Shown here: positions 32,636 to 43,290 of the stretch, in pieces
Position numbering within the stretch: position 1 is the first letter of the stretch
Layout of the letters: each line of letters begins with the position of its first letter
Assembly (NCBI GenBank): GCA_000004985.1
Contig: GG738852.1
Reading direction: 5' to 3' (one strand)
DNA from: Naegleria gruberi
Taxonomy: Eukaryota
DNA: 64,000 nucleotides
Translations under genes and position numbers: made by a program
The notes under the pieces: model-generated
Told to the model about the DNA's origin: nothing
The model's database searches: none
The model's input: the letters and a program-made list of their open reading frames with translations, nothing else

Positions 32636-34129
32636 TTAATTGAGCAAATTGAGAGCTTCAATCAAATTCTTTCTGGCAGTATCTACATCTTCAAATTGAA
32701 GTGAACTAATTGCAAATTTACATAATTTTTGTGCCTTCATCATATCATCGAGAGAGACTTCTCTCTTTGGTCCATTAGTATTGAGAACTGGTTGAGTAGT
32801 AGTGGTGGAATATGTTGGAGTTACAGGAGATGAGCTAATTGGAGTAGATGATGAGCTTGCTGGTTTTGGAATTGTTGAAACAGATTTTGGTTGTTGAAGT
32901 GGTTGTTGAGGTGGTTGAGTAAAAACAGGAGGTTGTACAAATTGTTGTTGTTGAGGTGGTTGAGGAGGAGGTTGATTAAATGTTGGTTGTTGTTGTTGAG
33001 GAGGAGGTTGTACAAATTGTTGTTGTTGTTGAGGTGGTTGTTGATATTGTGGTGGAACAAATGAAGGAGGTGAAACTTGTCTTGGAGGTTCATAAACAGT
33101 TGGTGAAGTGTTAAATGCAGATCTATTATTTGTTGGTGGAATAGGAGGTTGATTCCATGATGGGAAAGATTGTTCTTCTGTTGTTGTTGGAGAAATTTTC
33201 ATGGCATCATGATTAGTGTCAAAACTCCATGATGAAGGTTGTGGAATATTATTGTTGATATTAACTGAAGATGTTTGTTGTGAAGTTGACAAATTGAGTA
33301 ATCGTTGTTGTTCCATCAAATATTTAGTAACTTCATCTTCGTCATTGGAAGCATCATTGTTAATAGTATTTGCTGTTTGAGTTGGCATGTATTGCAATTG
33401 ATCATCTTCCTCTTCAGCTGTTTCTTCACTTGTAACTGGAGTAACAGGTTGACCTGTTCTAACTGATTTTTGAATTTCAGCAGCTCTCCACTTGGCATAC
33501 TTTTGTTTTTCCATCATCTATTAGTAATAATTAAATATGTTATTATATAATATGAAATTATTCAATGGAACCGAATGATAATAAAACACATACATCCGAA
33601 CTTAAATCACCAAATTGTTTGGTAACTTCAATCAAAATAGAGGCAGCATAATATAATTTAGCAATTTGACTATTTTCCAATGTTTTTAAACAATGATTGG
33701 TTGTTAATCAATTTAAATTATTATTATTATCATCATCATATTCATAAATATGTTTAATTAATATTATTAAATATATAAATAACAATAATAATAATAAACT
33801 TACGTATCGTGTCTTCCTGCACGATCGGCATCATCAGCCTTTTTAAAAACCTTCAAAGCAAAAACTTCAACAACACCCTTGGCTTCATCTTCTTGTGCTT
33901 CAATATTCAATTGTTCCTTATCTTGTTCCAATTGATCCATCAATCCAGTAAGTAAATTAGTAGCTTCATCATCGGCCTGATCTTGCGATTGAATAATTGA
34001 AATTCCCAATTGTGCAGCATAGGTTCTACAATAAAAACTCACAATAGGAGCTCTCTTTTCAAATTCATTGGCTCTTTGAATATAGGGAACGAGCGGCTTC
34101 AAGGAGGCTGGGTAATCATTGAGGGACAT
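32636..34129 (-). CDS. VTA1: Vta1/LIP5 (Vps4-associated ESCRT regulator); 3 exons: 33804..34129, 33594..33669, 32636..33517
   Basis: Exon 1 LKPLVPYIQRANEFEKRAPIVSFYCRTYAAQLGI...LMDQLEQDKEQL...EVFALKVFKKADDADRAGRH is collinear with the human LIP5 N-terminal MIT domain. The 76-nt middle exon, missed by the ORF track, reads TQIAKLYYAASILIEVTKQFGDLSSD. Exon 3 reads MMEKQKYAKWRAAEIQKS..., then a Q/P-rich linker, then the C-terminal VSL motif MMKAQKLCKFAISSLQFEDVDTARKNLIEALNLLN. Confidence 0.8.
32800..33120 (-). repeat. CAA/CCA-rich low-complexity coding tract (Q/P-rich linker of Vta1)
   Basis: QQPPQQQQQFVQPPPQQQQPTFNQPPPQPPQQQQF... encoded by a reiterated ttgttgttgaggtgg minus-strand pattern. Confidence 0.7.
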
Positions 34130-34985
34130 TTTTTTTTAATAATTTTAATGGGAAGAAATTGTTGTATTTTAATGTTCCTCTATGAACATCTTCCTCTTCT
34201 AATTGAAAAACATTAAAATTTTATAAAAAAAAAATGAAAAGAAGCGCGGAGATTTGAATTGGAAGGTTAATTGGAAGATGGAGTAGGGATTTGATGATCT
34301 TAATGCAATTACTTTGTAAGAAATATCGCTCCTCTAAAATTAAGCAACTTATGTTCATGAATTAAATTATTATTTGAGTAAACTAATCTCGAATGATTGA
34401 TGGAATTAGGTTGGATTTGAAATTGGCATTGGTACGTTAAATACTTAATATTTTGGATGATGATTTATATAGTAAGAAATCTTATCCTAAAACAATGACT
34501 GGCTTTTTGAATCAAAGTTAGTTTCACTTAAGCTTTGTTGTCAATAATTCACAAGTCAACTAACCTGTATATGGGGAAGATAACTCTAGTTTTCTGAATT
34601 GATTCTTGATTATTTGGTAATTGTAAGTTATTTGAATAATTCAATGCATTCACACAACCTAAATTGTTAGCGTTTATTCTTGTAATTTGAAACTTGATAG
34701 TTAGTGTCAGTTCATTCCAGAACTTGTAAAATTTCAATAAAGTTGAACTGTAAATTTGATACCTTGTTTATTGAAAATTGAGTACCATTTCATAAAAAAC
34801 AAGGGTAATAGATTAGTAGAAATTGGTGTATTGTTGGATAAAACAATTTTTAACCAAGCCAGACCTAAATCCATCACAGTAAGTGTGTTTTGAAATAAAC
34901 AAGAGACCTTCTTTCATTACCATTGAAAATGATTTAGAGAATATCAAGAGTTTAATGAACTAGAGCTCAAGTTGAAAATGATTCT

Positions 34986-35381
34986 TTATTTACAATCATC
35001 CATAATTTCCTTACTGATCTGTTCAACGATTTTGGCTTCCTTTGCTGCTGTTTCATTATCAGAATCAATCATTCCTATTAATTGAGTTGGTAACATCGTT
35101 GTCATCTTTAATGGTCCACCTTTTACTTCAGAATAGATCATTACTCTACAAGGAAGTGCCAAAGCAATCATTCTGTTCGATTTCACAACAGACGAAGCAA
35201 TCACAGGATTACAAATCTCGCACACTATACATTCCTCATCATATTCAATTTGTTTTTCATTGAATTTTTGCTTGAAATTATGAGAAATCAAAACTCCGAA
35301 CTGTCTCTTCTGACAAGATTGTTTGAAACGTTCGATGAGAATTGATGGCTCAGTTTCACTAGTTTCAACAGTGTAATACAT
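34986..35381 (-). CDS. DUF302-family protein (bacterial-type small conserved protein)
   Basis: 131 aa, ...FGVLISHNFKQKF...CNPVIASSVVKSNRMIALALPCRVMIYSEVKGGPLKMTTMLP..., typical DUF302 pattern. Confidence 0.5.
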   Translation of the reverse strand: MYYTVETSETEPSILIERFKQSCQKRQFGVLISHNFKQKFNEKQIEYDEECIVCEICNPVIASSVVKSNRMIALALPCRVMIYSEVKGGPLKMTTMLPTQLIGMIDSDNETAAKEAKIVEQISKEIMDDCK

Positions 35382-35511
35382 TTTTTTGAGTTGTTTTTAT
35401 ATGAAACTGTTCGTGTTGATCTCAAACCTTAAATAGATTTGAATAGGACGGCAGATTTGGTCGGCGAAAATTGAGGGGAAATTTGTGTTGTAAAAACTGA
35501 AATTCTTTCCA

Positions 35512-36471
35512 TCAATCAGCATCACAACCACAACTGCCACACGAGCCATCTGAATAATAATCATAGGTGTAGGTATCAGAAGTGGAGGTATTGTCAATTG
35601 GTGGGTCATCTTTTTTGTTGTTAACTTTCTCTGTTTTAGATGCCCAACAAAAAATCAAAACAATTACAACAATTCCACCTACGATGATAAAGGGTGGAAT
35701 GCTTGATGGAGTGCATAATTCAATTGTTGAACTCTTTACAATTCCTTTCAAATTAATACTCATGACACTTTGTGGAGAAAGTTGTCTGAAATGTTCTTCA
35801 ATTCTATGCATTCCTTTTTCAATAACCTTTGGAGAAACATCATCGTTCAGTCGATACAATTTTGAAGGATATTCAATTCTGAAAGTAGCTTTGTCAACAT
35901 ATCCCTTTTTAAATTTCATATTCCATCCCAATTCGAAAGTCTTTCGTTCACCATCTTGATAGCCAGCCAGTGGTCCTTTAATTAAATAGGTGAAAGTGAA
36001 TTTGACATAGGTAGTTTGATCTGTTGGTGTTCTTTCTTTTAGGAAAGCAATTATGGAAAAACAGGATTTTTTCTGAGATAGATCTGTTTCAGTTTTGAAC
36101 ACTTTCGAATAATTGGAAGAAACCATCAAATCTTCAACAATAAACTGCCCTGCATTAAAAGGTAAATTAGAATGACAAATAGCTCTCTCAACTCTTCCAA
36201 AATCTCCCTCAAAACCAAACACTATTTCTTCCTGCACATTGATCATACATGAACTGCCCAATCTCAGAGTTGACATTACAGAAGAAACCCAATAATACTT
36301 TTTTGATTTTGAATTGAAAAACCATGCCTCTACCAATGAACCCCCAACAATCATCAACACGATCACGAACACTCCCATTACAAGAGGCAGCAATGATCCT
36401 TTTCTAAGTAGTTGAGCCATTTTGTTTTTGAAGAATTTTTGTTTTCTCGCAGAGATGGAAATTGCAACCAA
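35512..36471 (-). CDS. Hypothetical type-I-like membrane protein (N-terminal signal/TM, C-terminal TM, tail ending CGSCGCDAD)
   Basis: Hydrophobic LLPLVMGVFVIVLMIVGG and IPPFIIVGGIVVIVLIFCW. No confident family. Confidence 0.35.
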   Translation of the reverse strand: MVAISISARKQKFFKNKMAQLLRKGSLLPLVMGVFVIVLMIVGGSLVEAWFFNSKSKKYYWVSSVMSTLRLGSSCMINVQEEIVFGFEGDFGRVERAICHSNLPFNAGQFIVEDLMVSSNYSKVFKTETDLSQKKSCFSIIAFLKERTPTDQTTYVKFTFTYLIKGPLAGYQDGERKTFELGWNMKFKKGYVDKATFRIEYPSKLYRLNDDVSPKVIEKGMHRIEEHFRQLSPQSVMSINLKGIVKSSTIELCTPSSIPPFIIVGGIVVIVLIFCWASKTEKVNNKKDDPPIDNTSTSDTYTYDYYSDGSCGSCGCDAD

Positions 36472-36874
36472 CTTTCAACTTGGAACATTGCTCTGCATTT
36501 ACAGCTTGAATTGATATGGAAAACACGTGTTTTTTTGAAACAAGATTCTATCAATAGCACAGTTGCAATCCAAGCTATCAGTTTGAATCATTTCCTGAAA
36601 AGAAAATCAATACTGACACTCAATACATTAAGCAGTACAACTCGATGTGAAATATCTTGGAGGAAGATCTGCGAAAAGGCGGACAAGTTGAACGTTAGGA
36701 AAAATCAAATTTCGATTTTTTTCAAAAACTTTAAAAAAACCAACAAATTAAATTTCCTTCATAGAGAGTTTGTGTGCTCCGAAGATTACTTGTTAAATGG
36801 AAGGAAGAGAATAGAGGATATTTAGATATTGAATAGAATATTATCAAAACAAAAGAATATAAATCTAATATATA

Positions 36875-37729
36875 ATGCTGCTGCGAGGAATTACCAACAT
36901 CAAGTTTAATCATACAACAACAAGAAGAAACAGCCTAACAATGACGATGATGATGATAAATATTGCTTCACTATTATTAATCATTAATATGATGATAATG
37001 GTGATACAGAGTAATGGATTGGTGGAGGCTCAAAACTTTTGTAAGACTTATACAGACTGCTCGGGATGTGTTCAATCACCAGATAATGGTTGTGTTTGGT
37101 GTTCTTCATCGAGATTGTGTGTACCAGTGACTTCTACCTTCTCACCATCGATAGGTTATACTATTGAAGCTGAGTGTCCTATTCAGAGTGAACCAATTTC
37201 ACTATTTACAGAGATGTGTACTGATCCACTTTTTGAAATTTGTGGTAATAGAGAATTGCCCAATATTGTGGAATCTAATTCATCTCTTTTCGATGCTTCT
37301 TCATCAACATTTGAAAGTACTAAATCTAATCAAAGTGTAAAGGATGTTTCATTGTGTCAGGAACATACAGATTGTGTTTCTGATAAGAATTGTGTCTATG
37401 TTTCAAGGGGTTTTTTCACAATTACTGATCCAGAGAGTTTGGAATCGAGAGTTATTCCACTTGGAGCGAATGGAACTTGTTGGAGAGCTTTACCTGTTCT
37501 TGGCTCACCTGTTTCATATAATGTTCATCGTGGAGGTTTAATTTACTCTCTCACTACACAAGAAACCTACTATGCAACATGTGTCATTAGAGAAGTGTAC
37601 TATTGGGTCATTATTGGATGCAGTTTATTGGCCATTTCATGTTGCATTTGTACTGGATGTGTTTGTTGTCTGTGTTGTTTCTGTTTCTATTGTAAGAGAG
37701 ATAGAAGATACATTTCACTCAATGGTTAA
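36875..37729 (+). CDS. PSI-domain membrane protein with a poly-cysteine C-terminal TM (candidate palmitoylation cluster)
   Basis: Signal IASLLLIINMMIMVIQS. PSI-like CKTYTDCSGCVQSPDNGCVWCSSSRLCV. C-terminus IIGCSLLAISCCICTGCVCCLCCFCFYCKRD. Confidence 0.5.
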   Translation: MLLRGITNIKFNHTTTRRNSLTMTMMMINIASLLLIINMMIMVIQSNGLVEAQNFCKTYTDCSGCVQSPDNGCVWCSSSRLCVPVTSTFSPSIGYTIEAECPIQSEPISLFTEMCTDPLFEICGNRELPNIVESNSSLFDASSSTFESTKSNQSVKDVSLCQEHTDCVSDKNCVYVSRGFFTITDPESLESRVIPLGANGTCWRALPVLGSPVSYNVHRGGLIYSLTTQETYYATCVIREVYYWVIIGCSLLAISCCICTGCVCCLCCFCFYCKRDRRYISLNG

Positions 37730-37881
37730 TTTATTTTTCAATATTGTGAAACACTCAACTTGTTGATTAAATATAACATTACTTTTGAAACATTCTATTC
37801 AATTATTTAATATTATTTAATATTATTTATAAGATTTAAAATTTCCCCTTTTTTAGAAATTTAAAATTTGAATAGAAAAAA

Positions 37882-39891
37882 ATGTTATCACAAACTGCTG
37901 CTACTATCAGCACACCCTCCGAAGAACCGTCATCAAATTCTTCTTCTGCTTGTACAAGTGGTGGTTGTGGTGGTGCAACTTTGAAATATAACTTCCAAAA
38001 ACCTAAAGATGAAAGCCTTCCGACTTGTTGTCTCTTCATTACCAATCTTCCATCACTTGGAGAAACATTGTCATCAAAGGAAGAAAATCGTAAAATTTAT
38101 CAAGATTGGTTACATGAAGAATTATCGGAAAATGTTCAAGAGATTGAAATTGAAGCCATTCTTGCACATGAACAAAAATTGAATAAGAAAAAGAAGGATA
38201 AATTGGAAAAGAAGAAAGAATTGGAAGGAGGTGTTGTTGAGCATCCTACCATGCAATTATATGCAGTTTTTGGAAGTGATGATGACTCTGTAAAGGTAAA
38301 GAGTTATCTTTCGGAAAAGTATAGAAGTATGCACATTTCATTTGCTGAACTTGCTGCTGAATCAAAGGAACAACGTAAGAAGAAACATGTTAAAGGATGG
38401 AATATTGATTGTACTTCATCTACTGATCATGTTTCAATTCCTGGATTGTATGTGATTGAAAATTTCATTACAGAAGAGGAAGAAGCTAAAATTATGGAAC
38501 AAGTGGAACCTAAGAATTGGGTTATTGAATTACAAAGACGTGTTCAACATTATGGATTTAAATTTGATTATGATATTAGATCTATTGATTTTAATACTCA
38601 AGTTGAACCAATTCCAGAATATACCACTAATATTATGAATAGAATGAAAGAAGCAATGAAAAAGAAAAAGGAAGAAAATGATTCAACTATTATGAGTGAT
38701 GAATTTATTTCTACTTTTGATTTTGAGACATACAATCCAGATCAATTGACCATTAATGAATATCAACCTGGACAAGGAATTAGACCGCATATTGATGTTC
38801 ACACTCCATTCAATGATGGTCTATTCATTGTTTCTATGCTCGGTAGTGCTGTCATGTACTTTTCTAAATGTGTAGGAGAGGAGGTTGTTGAAAAGAAGTA
38901 TGTCGATCTTCCAAGAAGGTCATTACTTATCCTCGTTGGAGAAGCAAGGTATTTGTGGAGACACGCCATTATGTGTAGAGAACTCGATAGAGTGAATGGA
39001 AAAATCAGAAAGAGACAACGAAGAGTTTCATTGACCATCAGATCAGTTAGAAAGGAAGGATTGTGCACATGCAAGTATACTGATGTTTGTGACTCTCAAC
39101 AAAATAATGAAATTGCTCACAATCTTCCATATTCTCAACAATTGGGAACTACCAATCTAGAAATTGAATACGTTCAAAAGACCTACAATCAAATTGCCTC
39201 TCATTGGGATAAAACAAGACATACACCATGGCCTAGAGTTCACGAATATATTAAGAGTCTATCTGACTATACATTAATTGGAGACATTGGATGTGGAAAG
39301 TAAGTAGTTTATTTCTAAAATGTTGTTGGATATAATAATAATTCAAATAATAGTGGAAAGTATATTAACCTGAATCCAAAATGTATTTGGGTAGCAACTG
39401 ATAGAAGTGAAAAATTATGTGAAATTTGTGTTGAGAAGGGATATGATGTCTCAGTTTCAGATGCTCTCAATCTTCCTTACAAGTCCAACCTTTTCGATGT
39501 CACTCTCAATATTGCCGTTCTCCATCACATTAGCTCTGTTGCCAGAAGAATCAGATTACTAAAGGAATTGGTTAGAGTTACGAGACCAGGAGGTGAAATT
39601 TTAATCTATGCCTGGAGTTATGAGCAAGAAAATTCATCCAAGAGAAAGTTCCAAAGTCAAGATGTGTTTGTACCTTGGAAACTCCAAGCTAAATACTTGA
39701 ATGGTGAGGATGATCAACCATCTCCTGCACTTATTGAAGAAAATGAAGTTACCATCAAGAGATATTGTCACGTTTACAGAAAAGGAGAATTGGATGAGTT
39801 GGTGACAACTAAGGTTAAGGGAGTGGATATTTTGGATTCTTACTTTGATGTTGGAAATTGGTGTTTATTGTTACGTAAGCACAGCAACTAA
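37882..39891 (+). CDS. ALKBH8: ALKBH8-like tRNA-modifying enzyme: AlkB 2OG-dioxygenase domain plus Trm9-type SAM methyltransferase; 2 exons (37882..39299, 39354..39891)
   Basis: AlkB core YQPGQGIRPHIDVHTPFNDGLFIVSMLGSAVMYF...RRSLLILVGEARYLWRHAI. The methyltransferase motif I is split by the 54-nt intron: IGDIGCGN|GKYINLNPKC.... Motif ...VTRPGGEILIYAW. Confidence 0.8.
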
Positions 39892-41730
39892 GTAAAGTTT
39901 GATTTTCTCTTCAATGATAGTAAGGTAGCTGCCAGGAATTTCTTTTTCACACCAATAGAACTGACATAGATTGGTTCTTTGAAGGAATCAACTTTCATGC
40001 CACTATTTGATTTCAATTGAGAATTATTGGCCAAATCATCGATATACAAACTTCCTCCATCTCCAACAAACATAAGGAAAGTATCCTCTACTTGAGGTTT
40101 ATCTAAGGTTGTCATTGTCATTGATAAATCATCCAAAATAACATTGGATTCTGTAATTTGCAATTGTCTATTAATAAAATAAAAGCAATTCAATTTGCTG
40201 CCACATTTCATAACAGTACAGCTAGATTGCTCAAATTTTGGTTTGAAAACCTTTCCATAGGTAGCCACAAGTGCAAAATAGTTATTCTCATCCGTATTGG
40301 AAATGTTAGATTTTTCAGAGATGGTAAATTTGAAACTGCAATTAATTGATCCAGCACGAACATTAGGAATATTGTAAACCTGACCTTTCACTGGAATGAA
40401 AGGTAAAATTGTTGTAATATTTGAATTGTCAGAGTTGGTTCTTGTTATCACTCGTTCTCCTCTCGATATCTTATTAAATGAGGAAGAAGGATTAGAAACG
40501 ACTGGTTTCGAATTTCCTTTGATCGTTGGATTATAGGTTCCCACTGATTGACCATTCTTATGAATACCACTTCCAGATGTATAAAATCCAAATCCACTCG
40601 ATGCTCCTAAAATGGTTGTGTTATAAGTTTTGGATACAGATTGTTGAAATTGTAAACTATTCCAATAAGGTGGGAAATTAACCCACCAACTTGAAAATAC
40701 CACTCCATCAACTTTTTCATCAAAAATCAAATTCTTGAATGGAGATTCGAATACAATATCAAAACAAATAATTAATCCAAATTTCATTCCAAAATCTGTT
40801 GTGAAATAAACTGGTTTACCATCTCCTCTATCTATTCCATCTTCAAAATACTATTTTCATATTTCAATCCACTATTTACTTATCAAATAACTTACCAAAT
40901 GAGTTTTGTGATATTTGGTAACAAACTATTACAGTAATTAATATGAAAATTCCAAATATTATTATACTTACATTTCCATTCCTATCAAACACAACATTTG
41001 TATTATAAAGATACCTCCTATCTATTAATATGTGCATTAGAAAATTCCACCAAATCACAAACATACCACTTGGACATTGAGAATCAACACTTGGATCACA
41101 ATACTGCACATCTCCCATATTAATCACCAAATAAGTGTGATACTTCTTGGCAATGCAACTTGCCCTCTTCAAAACCAAATACTCATTCGGATCACTACAA
41201 AGATCATTCACTGACTCATTCGGCACTTGTTCAAAAAACATGCTCAATCGAGTTCTATTAACCAAACCAGGTCCAAACAATCCATATTCTATTTTCCTCA
41301 ATAACTATTTCCAAAAAACCATTAGAAACCTACCTGGAAAGACAACAATATCCAATGGCGACTGCAATCCCGAAACAATCTTTTCATATTCATCCAAATT
41401 TGCATTCAAAATCTTGTTCGCTTCCTGTTGATTCAAATTTGGATAAAACACATGCATAGCTACAGGTGCATAATCCACCACAGCTGCTCTATATTCCTTC
41501 TCTTCATTCTTTCCTATTGATGATGATATTATTATACGAGATGACAAAATTGTAGAAGGGATTGGCAAGGCTTGTTTTCCATCATTATTATTCTTAATAT
41601 TATTGTTATTATTATTTACAATGTGTCCATTCACTACGACACCTATCCATGAAATCAAACTCAACACCACCACCATCAGCATCACTCCGAGTAAGTTCGA
41701 GTGAGAATCATCAATCAATTTTCTTGCCAT
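39888..41730 (-). CDS. Biotinidase/vanin (pantetheinase)-like carbon-nitrogen hydrolase, secreted; 4 exons: 41334..41730, 41067..41288, 40972..41021, 39888..40850
   Basis: Signal peptide. YRAAVVDYAPV...DIVVFPE|YGLFGPG...; CPSD|RRYLYNTNVVFDRNGN|YFEDGIDRGDGKPVYFTTDFGMKFGLIICFDIVF... is collinear with biotinidase (CPSDGRYQFNTNVVF, CFDILF). Intron 2 (41022..41066) is 45 nt with no stop, which is why the ORF track reads through it. Confidence 0.75.
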
Positions 41731-42105
41731 TGAAAGTTTGTTTTTTTTTTAAGTTTTTTGGATTTTTGGTTTTTCTGTGTTTTTAAAAGAACGAAGGAGA
41801 ATTTTGAGGTTCGGACCTTAATGATTAAAGTGCTTGTGTGTGTTGAGAATGATAATTGAAGGTTCTGGGAGGAGAGGAGTTGAAATAGCCGTTCAGAGAT
41901 GTTAGATTCTTCAAGAATAAAGGTTCAATTTGACTGATTCAATTATTCGAAAGTAAATCAAAATCAAAACTATCCAATTCGAATAGTGATTATATTCGAA
42001 ACTCAATCCTAGTACTAGTTTTAAACTGTTCAACTTGGAATGATATGCTCTTTACTAGTTTGTTTGGAGATAATAAAAAGATGCTTCTCCATTCACTTGT
42101 CCTTT

Positions 42106-42909
42106 TCATTGAGTTTTATTCATCTTCCATTGAGAGGAATTGTTAAAACTCATGAAATAGCCCAATATAGCAGATATGAAATAGGTAATGGTAGCAAACA
42201 AGGCATGTCCTGGAGCAAATACTTCACCATCCTCGACAAGATCTGCCATTTTGGAAGTATCCTGTCCATAGAAAATGGCTCTGGTCATGAAAATTCCCAT
42301 TCCAATATATAAACTCAATGCAATCCAAAAACTCTTGAAAATTCTTTCATTTCCATATTTAGTGGCAATGATAAATATTGCACCAATCCAATGGAATGCA
42401 ATTTCCAATAAGCAATTCTCAAATCTTGACCAATTTTCCCAAGTGGCAAATCCAATCTTTTGGGAGGTGAATGGCGGAAGGATGGCCACATCATTTCTTC
42501 TCACAATCACATCCAACAACCAATGAGAGGCAATGGCCATGAAGAATACTCCATATATTGATAGAAAGGAACGATTCTTTGGTCTATTGATTGCACAATA
42601 AAGCAATGACATGCACAATGTCCAAATTACTGAACCAGTCAAACTGTATGAAATGTCATTATGAGGTTCGAATGGGAAAATCTTATTTTCTCTCATGGCT
42701 TTCACATTATATCTACCATATTCCAAACAAAATACATTCTCACATCTTGCATTCGATTCAATTTTCATTTCACATGCCAAATGACAAGTCCAAGAAAATG
42801 AATAAAACATGACATCTATGACTTGAGTAGCAACCATCAACCATGCCAAGGATATATCTCGGAAAAAGTAATGAAGCACTCCTGCAGGGCCGTAATGTCC
42901 TTGAAACAT
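42106..42909 (-). CDS. Hypothetical multi-pass membrane protein (six or more TM helices)
   Basis: Hydrophobic profile only; no confident family. Confidence 0.35.
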   Translation of the reverse strand: MFQGHYGPAGVLHYFFRDISLAWLMVATQVIDVMFYSFSWTCHLACEMKIESNARCENVFCLEYGRYNVKAMRENKIFPFEPHNDISYSLTGSVIWTLCMSLLYCAINRPKNRSFLSIYGVFFMAIASHWLLDVIVRRNDVAILPPFTSQKIGFATWENWSRFENCLLEIAFHWIGAIFIIATKYGNERIFKSFWIALSLYIGMGIFMTRAIFYGQDTSKMADLVEDGEVFAPGHALFATITYFISAILGYFMSFNNSSQWKMNKTQ

Positions 42910-43290
42910 TTTTTTTAATCAACTTTTTCACATACCCAACCAGTAGGTCGGACAAATAAACGCTAACAAAGATTCATCTTTGGAAATGAACATGTGATTC
43001 AACGAAAATGCATCTAAACACATGTTTACACTTTGAAAATGAGGATTTCAGATGTTTGGTTAGCTTACCGAGACTTGCTTTCTCTATTATTAATAAAGTT
43101 TGCTGAGTTTGGTTATTAAGCAAGTAACTTGTTTGGGATTTTGTGTAAAAAGTATTGTAAAGGGAAAGTAGCAACAAACGTCCCAAATGATGAATCAAAT
43201 TTACAATACTTTTGCTGCTAGCTATTTATCCGTGATCATTTTGAAAGGTCGACTCTTTTGCCATTTCTTCCACTTTAGTTACTTAAAAAA

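Noticed and set aside
32821-33498. Minus-strand ORFs 32821..33093 (N/L/H-rich) and 33316..33498 (MPSGELLKF...)
   Set aside because: Alternative frames inside Vta1 exon 3 (Q/P-rich tract). The Vta1 frame is supported by homology at both ends.
37795-37835. tattatttaa x3 mini-repeat
   Set aside because: Three-copy AT-rich slippage repeat in a 3' flank; too small to matter.
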